A DNA stretch of 51,775 nucleotides, taken from IMG/VR virus record IMGVR_UViG_3300029286_000055, positions 1 through 51,775 of that record. One strand, given 5' to 3'. Numbering within the stretch: position 1 is the first letter of the stretch; every line of letters begins with the position of its first letter. Shown one piece after another: positions 26,518 through 35,762 of the stretch. A program made the translations under genes and the position numbers. The notes under the pieces were generated by a model. The model searched no databases. It had not been told where the DNA came from and saw only the letters and a list, made by a program, of their open reading frames with translations. The DNA is from a virus (lineage: Duplodnaviria; Caudoviricetes).

Positions 26518-28932
26518 CTAGTTTATTATTTTTATTTGCTTGTTTAGCGAAGAATCCTCATTTAAATTAATGCCTTCCCCGTACTTTACCCCTCGAAGAC
26601 ACTTCTTTATTTTTGGTTCGTCGTTATCTGTAAGCCCTTTAAACTTCTTTGCAAAGATTCTTTCCTGGTACCCAGGAACAAGGCCCGATATCTTTTTGAA
26701 AAACTTTGATTTAGTAATCGCCTTCTCTCCCCCATCAGTTGTATTTGACTTATACGAATCGTATAAATCCCCCATTGGGATATATTCCCCATTCATTTTC
26801 TCTGTTGGAATAATATGTAGATAGTCACAAATAAATGATTTTACTGTATCATTCTCCAAAATGTAATTTGATAAGTTTTCTTCGCATTGTTTCGCTTCGG
26901 TAAACCCCCGCTGGGATACCAGCCGCTTGTACCCCCTCATCGCTCTGTTGAAAATCCCAGCTCTCTCATTTAAAAGTTTGTCTTCGATATATGGATCATA
27001 GTCGGGGTCTGCCTTAGAAAAAGTCACACTGAAATGAATAAGAGTAAGTCTTCTAAAAAACCCATGCGTTGTATCCAGGGCTTTTGGAAGCTCATTGCAA
27101 GAAAACAGGAATTTTGCCCTGTTTCGAAAGATGTAAGGCTCTTTATATGGGGCCCTAGCATGAATATCCCCCCCAGTGATTAGCATCTTAAACAGCGAAT
27201 TTTCGATCAATGCGTGGGTCGGGGTTTCCTCTGCTATGTTAAAAAGTTTTCCATCAAGCATCTGCCTACTGTATTCATTTTTAAGACAGTTGATTGTGAG
27301 GGCCGAGTAATTGTCTGAATGCACCAATGATTTCAACACATTTAGGAAAGTTGACTTACCATTAGCCCCCGCGCCTATTAAGACAGGGGCTTTTTGAACC
27401 CAACAATTATCATTTGAAAGGGCATAGCCTAAAACCTCTTCTAAAAGATTTTCAAGGGCGGGGTCATTGTCTGCAAGTTTTTTAAGCATCTTATCAAAAA
27501 CGGGAGAGACTGCCCCTGGGTCATAGTTGTATGGGAAGGTATGGCGAAACCCTGTTTCGGAATCATGGGGGTCCAAGGTAAGCTTGTCGATATCAAGGAT
27601 TCCATTTTTCATATTCAGTTTTCTTGGATCGCCTTTGAACCATTCGGGATCTTTTATCTCTGTCCTTAAGACAAGATTTTTAAACTCTGAAACCATGTTG
27701 TTATTTGCATAGGGGTCAAACTTTGTTTGTGCGTAGTGTTCAATCTCGGCGTTCGAAATCATTTTATAGTGCGTCCCCGTCCAAATATACGTCATCCGAG
27801 AGCCGCCCATGTTTTTATATTTGTAATCCCGCTCGAAAGCACGTCGTAAATCTGAGTAATTTGGAATTAGCTTTGCATCTCCATTCGCTTTATATGCAAG
27901 AGTATGAAACCCCGTGAACTCGGTTTTAATATGGTCAGGCCCTACGATTAAAATCGGAGATGTTACCTTTTCAAAATGGGCACAATTCCCGCAGCCGTTC
28001 CAAAAATTAGAAATATTTTTGCACGTCCTGGGACCCGATGCTTCCAGGGATTGCTCTAGTTTTAGCTTTGTTTCATCGAAAGAATAATTATGGTGCCCCT
28101 CTGAATATTCATGGGCAAGTTTATCTCCGTTCTCGCACCGTCCTATTATGGACAAAAGAGCATACCATTGTGGCTCATTAACTGAGCCTGGGTTTTCTTT
28201 GCACCATTTGATAAATTCGCAGCTTTTTAAAATTTCATTCGTATCAACTTTTGTATACTTCTTCATGAGCCCTTTTGAAATTTCATCCTCTTCCTTCACG
28301 ATAGGAAGCCCTGAAATAAGGGTGATATCGAATTTTATTTTCTCTATGTTTGGTTGAAGTATTGTGCAAACTACTTCAGGTTTTTTTGGTTTCCTGTTTA
28401 CTGTGAGGGGAAGCCTAAGCATGCGCCTGTGGTCAAATACCGCTGGGTCCGCGCATCCTTTAAGCCCTTCTTTTATAAGGCGGGAGTTAAGGCGGGATAA
28501 AATTGCTTTATAATGATGACGATTCTTTTTGAAGAAATCTTTATCGGTGATTTGTTTTTCAAGCCCTACTAAAAAGTGTAGACCGTTCCCAGAAAAAACA
28601 ATTCCAGTTTCCCACTTTTTTATCTTCAATTCATCAATAACAACTGCAATATATTTTTCTCTGATTGACGTATCGATTCCATCAATATCGAATGGGATAA
28701 CATCTTGTGATAAGAACTCACGCGCCCCTGCCCCATTGTTTGCGATGCAATAGTGTATATTCCATCTATCTTCTGGGGGGATTCGTTCAACATATTTCAT
28801 AGGGTTTTGTAAGATATCGAAAACGCTATCTGCAAGCCATCCTTTTTCGAAAAATGCGTGATACTTTAGCTCTTGTCCTTTTTTGTCACCTTCTTTTGGG
28901 ATGAAAGCTCTAATACCTAGAATTTGGTTCAT
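26518..28932 (-). CDS. Primase (AEP-type) / SF3 (D5/P4-like) helicase
   Basis: FDID and SGNGLH primase motifs, Cys cluster, Walker A GAGANGKST, RRL; start placed at MNQIL with GGAG RBS. Confidence 0.9.
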   Translation of the reverse strand: MNQILGIRAFIPKEGDKKGQELKYHAFFEKGWLADSVFDILQNPMKYVERIPPEDRWNIHYCIANNGAGAREFLSQDVIPFDIDGIDTSIREKYIAVVIDELKIKKWETGIVFSGNGLHFLVGLEKQITDKDFFKKNRHHYKAILSRLNSRLIKEGLKGCADPAVFDHRRMLRLPLTVNRKPKKPEVVCTILQPNIEKIKFDITLISGLPIVKEEDEISKGLMKKYTKVDTNEILKSCEFIKWCKENPGSVNEPQWYALLSIIGRCENGDKLAHEYSEGHHNYSFDETKLKLEQSLEASGPRTCKNISNFWNGCGNCAHFEKVTSPILIVGPDHIKTEFTGFHTLAYKANGDAKLIPNYSDLRRAFERDYKYKNMGGSRMTYIWTGTHYKMISNAEIEHYAQTKFDPYANNNMVSEFKNLVLRTEIKDPEWFKGDPRKLNMKNGILDIDKLTLDPHDSETGFRHTFPYNYDPGAVSPVFDKMLKKLADNDPALENLLEEVLGYALSNDNCWVQKAPVLIGAGANGKSTFLNVLKSLVHSDNYSALTINCLKNEYSRQMLDGKLFNIAEETPTHALIENSLFKMLITGGDIHARAPYKEPYIFRNRAKFLFSCNELPKALDTTHGFFRRLTLIHFSVTFSKADPDYDPYIEDKLLNERAGIFNRAMRGYKRLVSQRGFTEAKQCEENLSNYILENDTVKSFICDYLHIIPTEKMNGEYIPMGDLYDSYKSNTTDGGEKAITKSKFFKKISGLVPGYQERIFAKKFKGLTDNDEPKIKKCLRGVKYGEGINLNEDSSLNKQIKIIN

Positions 28933-29018
28933 ATGTACTCCTGAGATTTTTTGGGAAAATAAAAGTCGTAAGGAAGAGGATGCAATTTTTTCCATTAAGG
29001 TGTCAATATCAAAAATGA

Positions 29019-29069
29019 ATATTGTTTAACAAAATTTGCTTGACAGTTTGAACCGATTGAATTAAAAAT
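29019..29069 (+). promoter_or_regulatory. Early promoter (TTGACA-17-TAAAAA) with operator upstream of -35
   Basis: 25 bp (29022-29046) identical to 32660-32684. Confidence 0.7.
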
Positions 29070-29165
29070 AAAATTCACATGGGGGCAGTCTTAGAAAATG
29101 CCAGCTACATTTTTCGAGATGAAGTACGCTTATTAAAATACTTCTTAACCCCCAAGTAACTTTTA

Positions 29166-29888
29166 ATGAAAGGATTACAAATGAAAAGATACACTGAGTA
29201 CACTATTAATGAGTTAGCTAATCTTAATGAAAAAGAAACAGAAGATTTAATATCTTTAGAATGTTTGCATGAGGGTGTTAAAATCCCGATCAAACCAATC
29301 GAACCAATTAAACCTATCTTGGAACCCCGCGACGAATGCTATTCAATTCGAGAATGCACCATTCTTATGAAAGACAAAGAAGCGATTGAAGAAATATCAA
29401 GTGTGCTTCAAAAGCACCAAGATAAATTCTTATTGTCTGATTATCGTTGGCGAGGTGGGTGGGGGAGTGATCATAGATATTTAAAAAATAAAGAAGCAAA
29501 TGATTTTTCAGTAAGTAAAACCAAATTTTTTGTTGAGGGCGATATTGATAAAAACGGGAGTGTATTGGATGAGTACAACAGACTTAAAACAGAGTATGAC
29601 AAATTTAAAAAAGAATATGATATAGAGCTTACTGCGTATAGTGAGATATCTAGCAAAGTTAAAGCAAAAATTGAAGAGGCTTGCCGCCATGTGTATCTAG
29701 TTGATTCTTATGCAAAGCAATTTAAAAACTACATGCGCCTTTCTGATCATGATTTGGATACAGCTAAAAAGTTTTTCCTTCAGGCAAATGGGCACACGAA
29801 AGACATGATAGAAGAGATTATTGAGAAATCAACGCAAGAGTTTAAAACTGAAATAAAAGTGTGTGGTGATGAGGATAACAATGATTGA
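29166..29888 (+). CDS. Hypothetical early protein (coiled-coil C-terminal half)
   Basis: 240-aa ORF; start may be the second ATG (29181) after AAAGGA. Confidence 0.7.
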   Translation: MKGLQMKRYTEYTINELANLNEKETEDLISLECLHEGVKIPIKPIEPIKPILEPRDECYSIRECTILMKDKEAIEEISSVLQKHQDKFLLSDYRWRGGWGSDHRYLKNKEANDFSVSKTKFFVEGDIDKNGSVLDEYNRLKTEYDKFKKEYDIELTAYSEISSKVKAKIEEACRHVYLVDSYAKQFKNYMRLSDHDLDTAKKFFLQANGHTKDMIEEIIEKSTQEFKTEIKVCGDEDNND

Positions 29889-30087
29889 ACTAGCCAAAAA
29901 ACCTGGGACCCTAGTAGCGATTGAATCAGTTTCTAATGGGTTTATTGTGAAGATTGAAAGAGAGCTTAACCTTAATTCTACTAGAGACGGGCGAACTTAT
30001 ATCTGCAAAAATTTTATGGAAGCTGTTTCAATAGCGGGGCAAATATTTGGATGCGTGAAAGAAGGGGAAGCGATAATTTTTAGTTAG
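29881..30087 (+). CDS. Hypothetical protein
   Basis: ATG with GAGG RBS within ORF 29863..30087. Confidence 0.6.
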   Translation: MIELAKKPGTLVAIESVSNGFIVKIERELNLNSTRDGRTYICKNFMEAVSIAGQIFGCVKEGEAIIFS

Positions 30088-30099
30088 GGGGAAATATTT

Positions 30100-30426
30100 A
30101 TGATGCAGTGTTTATGCAATTCATGTGGGAAAGTAATTACTGACCTGGAATTCAGCGAAAGAACTGTTGAAATACTTACGACAGGAAAACTTCACGAACG
30201 AGGCGAAAACGAGAGGCTAGATTTTTGCGTATCATGCCAAACGAAGATAAAGAATTTTTCGGACAATGGGCTGTTACTTAACGGGATATGCAAAACTATT
30301 AGAACATGGCACAAGCTTGCACATGAAGATGAGATGGATTGCGATCAATTAACCGTTTTGGAAAACTCAACACTAGAAAAAGTTAAGGAACAAGTAAATG
30401 CCAGAACAAAAACTAACGTTGATTGA
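30100..30426 (+). CDS. Putative zinc-finger protein
   Basis: CNSC ... CVSC; GGGGG RBS. Confidence 0.6.
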   Translation: MMQCLCNSCGKVITDLEFSERTVEILTTGKLHERGENERLDFCVSCQTKIKNFSDNGLLLNGICKTIRTWHKLAHEDEMDCDQLTVLENSTLEKVKEQVNARTKTNVD

Positions 30427-30748
30427 TCTTACCGACAAAGAAGTAAACTTACTTAAAGTTACTTTATCAACTGCGCTTGAAAGGTTTTACAATAGTAAAA
30501 CTGCTAGCGAGCCAGCGGGGATAATAGAGGGTATTGTGAGTAGGCTTACAGGAAAGCCCTCTAAGAAGACTTCGAAAGTAGAGGCTAAGTCTAGCAATGA
30601 TGTTCTAAAATTTTTGGAAGTAGAAAACACCCGCCTTCGCACTCTTTTGAACACCCTGCCCGATAGTGCCCACGTTGTTAAACAAGTTGTGGGTGGGTCA
30701 TTTGATGCCTACAGTAGGGTTAAAAAATTTATCAATGGGGAATTATGA
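30398..30748 (+). CDS. Hypothetical protein
   Basis: 116-aa ORF, AAGGA RBS. Confidence 0.6.
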   Translation: MPEQKLTLIDLTDKEVNLLKVTLSTALERFYNSKTASEPAGIIEGIVSRLTGKPSKKTSKVEAKSSNDVLKFLEVENTRLRTLLNTLPDSAHVVKQVVGGSFDAYSRVKKFINGEL

Positions 30749-30960
30749 AAATCCTTTTTCTAATTTTTATTTTGTTCTCGATCGACTCCCCCGCTGGGGT
30801 TTTGCCCGCGAAGTTTCCAGTGGGGATTGATCTTAAATGCTCATCAGTAGAGTATATAAAGCCACGTGGGAGAGTTTTGCGGTGTATAGATGATAAATCA
30901 GTTTGCTACGTTGACACTCTTATGAATGAATTTTTATGCCATCCAAAGGGGGATTTATGA
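30745..30960 (+). CDS. Small exported Cys-rich protein
   Basis: Signal-like MKILFLIFILFSIDSPA|G; four Cys in the mature part. Confidence 0.6.
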   Translation: MKILFLIFILFSIDSPAGVLPAKFPVGIDLKCSSVEYIKPRGRVLRCIDDKSVCYVDTLMNEFLCHPKGDL

Positions 30961-31067
30961 ATAGTGATACTGGACAAATAAAAGATTTCAAAGACATTAC
31001 AAAATTGGATTAACTTAGGCGAGCAAATAGCGGCATATAATGAGTATGAACAAGAGAAGGGGGCATA

Positions 31068-31937
31068 ATGCTATATGGCTTGGATATATTTAGCGGAATC
31101 GGTGGAATTACACTCGCACTTAAAGATTGGGTTAGACCAATCGCCTATTGTGAAAATGATCCCTATTGCCAAGGGGTCTTACTCTCAAGAATGCAAAGCC
31201 ATGAGCTTCCAATTGCCCCCATATGGGATGACATTAAAACACTCTCAGGAAAGTATTTACCCAAAGTTGACATTATTTATGGGGGATTCCCATGCCAGGA
31301 CATTAGCGTTGCTGGAAATGGAAAAGGCTTGGAAGGAAAGCGAAGCTGTTTATTTTTTGAAATTATGCGCCTGGCCGAAGAAATCAAGTCGAAGTTCGTA
31401 TTCCTTGAGAATGTGCCAGCAATCAGAACAAGAGGTTTGGGAGTTATTCTCAAAGAATTTACCAAAGCAGGGTATGATTGTAGATATGGTTTTTTATCCG
31501 CTTATGACGTGGGAGCTCCGCATAAAAGAGAAAGATGGTTTTTGTTGGCCTACACCCGTAGCAAGCGACGACAACAAGAGTCCAGAAGCACACATGAGAA
31601 TGAAAGCACGAATGAAGGGCGGGGCGAGAAAAAAGCCAACATCCCTACAAGTTGTTGTAAAAGGAATAGAGAGGGGAATGTGGCCCACCCCAACAAGCTC
31701 ACTTTACACTTGGCAGGATTTGATTCAAAGTTCCGGAAACTCAGAAACACGCCAAAAGTACAGCAAAATTTCCCCCCGTGGGGCCTTGAACCCGAGGTGG
31801 GTAGAGTGGCTGATGGGGTACCCCTTAGAGTGGGCCAGCTTAAACACCTTGGGAATGCTGTGGTACCGCAACAAGCAAAAGAAGCATTTAGAAGGTTAGT
31901 GGGATTAACTAGTGAGGTAACCAATGGAAAAAAATGA
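31068..31937 (+). CDS. DNA cytosine-5 methyltransferase, alpha polypeptide
   Basis: Motifs I (FSGIGG), IV (GFPCQ), VI (ENV), VIII (HKRERWF), X (LGNAV). Confidence 0.92.
   Translation: MLYGLDIFSGIGGITLALKDWVRPIAYCENDPYCQGVLLSRMQSHELPIAPIWDDIKTLSGKYLPKVDIIYGGFPCQDISVAGNGKGLEGKRSCLFFEIMRLAEEIKSKFVFLENVPAIRTRGLGVILKEFTKAGYDCRYGFLSAYDVGAPHKRERWFLLAYTRSKRRQQESRSTHENESTNEGRGEKKANIPTSCCKRNREGNVAHPNKLTLHLAGFDSKFRKLRNTPKVQQNFPPWGLEPEVGRVADGVPLRVGQLKHLGNAVVPQQAKEAFRRLVGLTSEVTNGKK
31075..31899 (+). CDS. Nested +1-frame ORF, putative methyltransferase beta polypeptide (TRD-like region plus motif IX)
   Basis: 274 codons open inside the MTase; WPTP twice; LNPRWVEWLMGYP. Confidence 0.7.
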   Translation: MAWIYLAESVELHSHLKIGLDQSPIVKMIPIAKGSYSQECKAMSFQLPPYGMTLKHSQESIYPKLTLFMGDSHARTLALLEMEKAWKESEAVYFLKLCAWPKKSSRSSYSLRMCQQSEQEVWELFSKNLPKQGMIVDMVFYPLMTWELRIKEKDGFCWPTPVASDDNKSPEAHMRMKARMKGGARKKPTSLQVVVKGIERGMWPTPTSSLYTWQDLIQSSGNSETRQKYSKISPRGALNPRWVEWLMGYPLEWASLNTLGMLWYRNKQKKHLEG

Positions 31938-32259
31938 AGTTCTACGGATAAGGCAAGAGATAAAAGATAGGTTTAGTAAAGCAAAGGAAGACTACAAAAA
32001 GGCCCTAGCTGAAAATGACTATCAGCTCTCTATATTTAACGACGCCGAGAATATTGCAGAGGGTGAGATAATAGAAAGAGAAGAGCTAGAGCGAGAAATT
32101 GAAGGCGAGGAAATTATATACGAACAAAGAACACATGGCGAATATATCAGAGAAGAGGAAGAGATTGAAGACGAGGAAAACGAGCCTGAAGAGCTAGACC
32201 TTGAAGGAAGCGAAGACATTGAAGAGGATGACTGCGATGAAGAAGACTACTTTAAATAG
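31924..32259 (+). CDS. Highly acidic small protein
   Basis: C-terminal two thirds dominated by Glu/Asp; GAGG RBS. Confidence 0.7.
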   Translation: MEKNEVLRIRQEIKDRFSKAKEDYKKALAENDYQLSIFNDAENIAEGEIIEREELEREIEGEEIIYEQRTHGEYIREEEEIEDEENEPEELDLEGSEDIEEDDCDEEDYFK

Positions 32260-32434
32260 CGATTACACAACCCTTCCTATCCCGATCCCAAGATCATGGA
32301 AAAGAACCGTTAAAGAGTTTTTCCAAGCCTTTGGACTACTCTTTTTATTCCTGGGGTTTTTCCTTGGGGGGATAATTTTGATAAAAATAGGGGTATGTTA
32401 CCTCGATAAAACAAAGGTTTGTAAACTATGGTAA
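32201..32434 (+). CDS. Small membrane protein (start uncertain)
   Basis: Hydrophobic stretch AFGLLFLFLGFFLGGIILI. Confidence 0.5.
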   Translation: MKEAKTLKRMTAMKKTTLNSDYTTLPIPIPRSWKRTVKEFFQAFGLLFLFLGFFLGGIILIKIGVCYLDKTKVCKLW

Positions 32435-32637
32435 AGCTTTTAACAATTCAATGTCAGGATGAATCAAAGGAAGTTGACCGCATCTTAAACCGCTTCAAAG
32501 AGATTAACGCTTGCCCCCAATGCCAGCGGTATATTTTACTTAGGGCTCTTCGAGAGACTTTGAAAGATGTACCAGAGATGAAAGTGTTTGTAAGTATTTT
32601 GCATGATTTAGAACAAGCCCTCGTTAACCTAGCGTAA
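32428..32637 (+). CDS. Hypothetical protein
   Basis: 69 aa with CPQC. Confidence 0.55.
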   Translation: MVKLLTIQCQDESKEVDRILNRFKEINACPQCQRYILLRALRETLKDVPEMKVFVSILHDLEQALVNLA

Positions 32638-32656
32638 CCACTAAATAATAAAATTA

Positions 32657-32706
32657 ATTTTGTTTAACAAAATTTGCTTGACAGGGCGAATGCAGTTTGT
32701 TATACC
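32657..32706 (+). promoter_or_regulatory. Promoter TTGACA-17-TATACC with upstream palindromic operator
   Basis: ATTTTGTTTAACAAAAT 32657-32673; -35 32678-32683; -10 32701-32706. Confidence 0.75.
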
Positions 32707-32758
32707 TAGTTTCAGTCGATTGACGACTAAGAAACAAGAATCAAGGAAAGGCAATCAA

Positions 32759-32962
32759 ATGAAACAAGACCTCTGCAAAAAGTACCTCGAAGCCCACAAC
32801 AATCTAGTTATAAAATCAACAGAAGTTAAAAAAGAAGTTACACTTTTTACAATTAGTTGCTCTTCGTTTGTGTGGAGAAAATTAAGGGCAGATGGAATTT
32901 ACTTTGTTAGTCATGGTGATGGATTTAACCCATATGTATATACTGTGCAATGTGCTAACTAA
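32759..32962 (+). CDS. Hypothetical protein, 67 aa (MKQDLCKK...)
   Basis: AAGGAAAGG RBS; the longer TTG start overlaps the promoter. Confidence 0.6.
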   Translation: MKQDLCKKYLEAHNNLVIKSTEVKKEVTLFTISCSSFVWRKLRADGIYFVSHGDGFNPYVYTVQCAN

Positions 32963-32971
32963 TAACACCCT

Positions 32972-32992
32972 GGGGCCCCAGGCCCCTTTTTT
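32972..32992 (+). terminator. Intrinsic terminator
   Basis: GGGGCC-CCA-GGCCCC-TTTTTT. Confidence 0.75.
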
Positions 32993-33004
32993 GGAGATAC
33001 TTAC

Positions 33005-33229
33005 ATGAGATACGCAATGGGATATAAAGTGAAAGTCGAAGTAAAAGGAACCAATGAACCAGTATTCAAAAAATATTTTGAGTGTTACTTTCCTGATGAC
33101 AATACGATAGGAATACCTTGCAGCAAGTTTCAATCATTTTTGAAAGCAGCTAGAAAACTTGTTGAGAATGGGTGTGAGTTTAAATGCGAAATTATCGGGG
33201 CGCATCCAATGAGCGGCGTTAAGTTATGA
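33005..33229 (+). CDS. Hypothetical protein
   Basis: GGAG RBS, 74 aa. Confidence 0.6.
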   Translation: MRYAMGYKVKVEVKGTNEPVFKKYFECYFPDDNTIGIPCSKFQSFLKAARKLVENGCEFKCEIIGAHPMSGVKL

Positions 33230-33339
33230 GAACCAGCGAGCAAATACTAAGATGCGTTAGTATCTTATTGGCTTCAAAAGAAAATGACCTTTTGTTATCA
33301 GAGAAATTAAAGTTTATCGAGGGCGGGTCCAATAAATGA
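33226..33339 (+). CDS. Small hypothetical protein, 37 aa (MRTSEQILRC...), not in ORF track
   Basis: ATGA overlaps at both ends. Confidence 0.5.
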   Translation: MRTSEQILRCVSILLASKENDLLLSEKLKFIEGGSNK

Positions 33340-33602
33340 AGCAAATATTTGTAGCTAATGGGTGTAAATTTGGAAAAGAAACAATCCGAAATAAATATAT
33401 TCTTGATTGGATTACAAAGCTCATTTTCGCTGAATACTTCGGAGAAACAAAAGAAGATAGAGCCTTCCTAAGAACCATGCAAGAAAGGCTAGAGATTGTA
33501 GGGAACAAGATAAAACTAACCGATGCGGAAAAGGTAAAGCTTGCACGTTGCATAGCGACGTACAGCGATTTTAACGATACAAAAATAGCGAGGACATTTT
33601 AA
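33336..33602 (+). CDS. Hypothetical protein
   Basis: 88-aa ORF abutting the helicase start. Confidence 0.55.
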   Translation: MKQIFVANGCKFGKETIRNKYILDWITKLIFAEYFGETKEDRAFLRTMQERLEIVGNKIKLTDAEKVKLARCIATYSDFNDTKIARTF

Positions 33603-33603
33603 A

Positions 33604-35130
33604 ATGACAACCGAAGGTATCTTTGATTTCAAAACCCCTGTTAAAAAGAAGGAAGACCCCCAGGCTTTTCTTAAGCCAGTCGAACAAGCCCCTGTTCAAA
33701 ATGTTTTACCTGATAAATTCTTTATTATAAAGCCCTGGAAGCATCAACTTGATGCGATCAATAGGGCAATCAAGATGTATAATTATGCTTTCTTTTTCGA
33801 AGTGGGGGCAGGTAAAACGCTCGCCACAATCAACACTCTTCGCTTTAGATACTTCCAAGAAAACCGCGTAATGAAAACACTTATCCTCTGCCCTGTTGTT
33901 GTATGCGAAAATTGGCGGCGTGAGTTTCTGAAAAATTCTAAAGTAGATAAGTCGAAGCTGATTATTTTGAAAGGCTCAGGAAAGAAAAGAGTCGAAACAA
34001 TCTTAGACAGTACAAAGGAAGACACGGGGAAAATATTTATCACAAATTATGAAGCCCTTCAAATGGACCCCCTATTCGAAGCTATTAGAGCCTGGGGGCC
34101 TGAAGTTATTGTCGCTGATGAGGTACAACGTCTTAAATCCCCAAAGGCCGTAAGAACCAAGAAAGCGATAAAGCTTGGAGACATGGCAAAACATAGGTAC
34201 ATCTTGAGCGGTACTCCGATTCTAAACAATCCTATGGATATATGGAGTCAATACCGTTTCTTAGATAAGGGCGCATCATTTGATAAAAACTTTGTTGCCT
34301 TCCGCGCAAAATATTTTATTGATAAAAATGCGGGGATGCCAAAGCAAAAATATTTCCCCGATTGGAAGCCGCGCCCTGGGATCGCAGAGGAATTCAGCCA
34401 GAAAATATATGCCCTAGCTTCCAGGGCTTTGAAAAAGGATTGTCTCGATTTACCGCCGCTTGTTAAAACCCAAGTTTTTGCGGAGATGAGTGAAGACCAA
34501 ATGAGAATGTATGCCACGATGAAAAAAGCTTTTGTTGCCTACTTAGAAGACAGGGCCTGTGTAGCTCAGATCGCCCTCACAAAGTCCTTAAGGCTTCAAC
34601 AAATTGTTTCTGGGTACTTTATGGATGACGAGGGGAAAGAACATATTTATAATGATAACCCCCGCGTTGAAGTTCTTAGAGAGCTTTTGAAAGATATAAC
34701 CCCAGCAAACAAGGTTATAGTGTGGGCTTGTTTTCGAGAAAACTACAAGATGATAGAGAAAGTTTTGGAAGAAGAAAAAATACCCTACCGCGTTTTGGTA
34801 GGTGGGATGAAAGATAAGGATAGACAAACCGCCATAGATGACTTTGAAAAACAAGAGGATGTTAGGGTAATCGTAGGCAACCAAGGGGCTGGGGGCGTCG
34901 GTATCAATTTGATCGCAGCCAACACAATGATCTATTATAGCCGTGACTACTCGCTAGAAAAGGACATGCAGAGCGAGGCTAGGAATTATCGGGGGGGCTC
35001 AGAGATACACGACAAAGTTACCAGGATTGACATTGTAACCCCTGGGACTATTGACGACGCTATTCTTGATGCGCTATACAGCAAGAAAAATATGGCAGAG
35101 GAAATATTAACTTGGAAGAACAAGATATAA
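33604..35130 (+). CDS. SNF2-family (SF2) helicase
   Basis: GAGKT, ADEVQ, SGTP, GGVGINL and QSEARNYRGG motifs. Confidence 0.92.
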   Translation: MTTEGIFDFKTPVKKKEDPQAFLKPVEQAPVQNVLPDKFFIIKPWKHQLDAINRAIKMYNYAFFFEVGAGKTLATINTLRFRYFQENRVMKTLILCPVVVCENWRREFLKNSKVDKSKLIILKGSGKKRVETILDSTKEDTGKIFITNYEALQMDPLFEAIRAWGPEVIVADEVQRLKSPKAVRTKKAIKLGDMAKHRYILSGTPILNNPMDIWSQYRFLDKGASFDKNFVAFRAKYFIDKNAGMPKQKYFPDWKPRPGIAEEFSQKIYALASRALKKDCLDLPPLVKTQVFAEMSEDQMRMYATMKKAFVAYLEDRACVAQIALTKSLRLQQIVSGYFMDDEGKEHIYNDNPRVEVLRELLKDITPANKVIVWACFRENYKMIEKVLEEEKIPYRVLVGGMKDKDRQTAIDDFEKQEDVRVIVGNQGAGGVGINLIAANTMIYYSRDYSLEKDMQSEARNYRGGSEIHDKVTRIDIVTPGTIDDAILDALYSKKNMAEEILTWKNKI

Positions 35131-35759
35131 GTAGCCTTGTTTATGGGAATATATTGCTTGCCAAATCTAAAAAGAAAAGGCGGCTTATGTTTAAACCGTG
35201 GGGGATTGATGCCTGTTTTATTCAGGATGTTAGAGACCTGGGGGATAGCTATTCTGTGACTGCTAGAAGTAATAAAATATCGTATGATACCCGTTCTTTA
35301 AGCGATCTTATCGCACCACCAGTGGAGAAAATTGAAGTACATGCCCATGAGCGCAAGCTTCAAGAGGCTGCCAGAAAGCTTGCCTGGCTTTCTCCACTAA
35401 ATAAAAAAGAGGAAACGATAGATAAGAAAGAAGAGGAACAAAAAATTTCAGAGCCACATATTCAGAAACCAATTACCCCTGTTATAAGTGTGATTAAGGA
35501 TGGTAAATATTATAAAGAGGAACGCCCCCATTACATCCAAAAAAAGAAAGTTAATGGCGAGGAAGTTATCTATAAATGGTGTAGGCATAAGTTGAAAGAA
35601 CTTCGAAAGGACGTAGAGCAAGACAAGGAACAAAAGAATATTTCTTTTAATTCTGGTAGGTATGAAGTTCTTAACGATCTCTATGAGTTTTTATCCGAAA
35701 ATTTTAAAGAAAGCATTATGGTGAGTAATCTTGAACGAATGATAAATGGGGAGAAATAA
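35112..35759 (+). CDS. Hypothetical protein (start uncertain)
   Basis: 215-aa charged ORF in the operon. Confidence 0.6.
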   Translation: MEEQDISSLVYGNILLAKSKKKRRLMFKPWGIDACFIQDVRDLGDSYSVTARSNKISYDTRSLSDLIAPPVEKIEVHAHERKLQEAARKLAWLSPLNKKEETIDKKEEEQKISEPHIQKPITPVISVIKDGKYYKEERPHYIQKKKVNGEEVIYKWCRHKLKELRKDVEQDKEQKNISFNSGRYEVLNDLYEFLSENFKESIMVSNLERMINGEK

Positions 35760-35762
35760 AGT

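Noticed and set aside
29075-29160. GGGGG...CCCCC-bounded leader as a possible riboswitch or ncRNA
   Set aside because: Only a short closing stem is visible and no known family consensus was recognised; needs an Rfam/Infernal search
30957-31013. 18-codon ORF (MNSDTGQIKDFKDITKLD) coupled to the upstream gene
   Set aside because: Too short to support; it may be a gene remnant
32660-32758. N-terminal extension of ORF 32660..32962
   Set aside because: It overlaps the operator and promoter; the RBS supports the ATG at 32759
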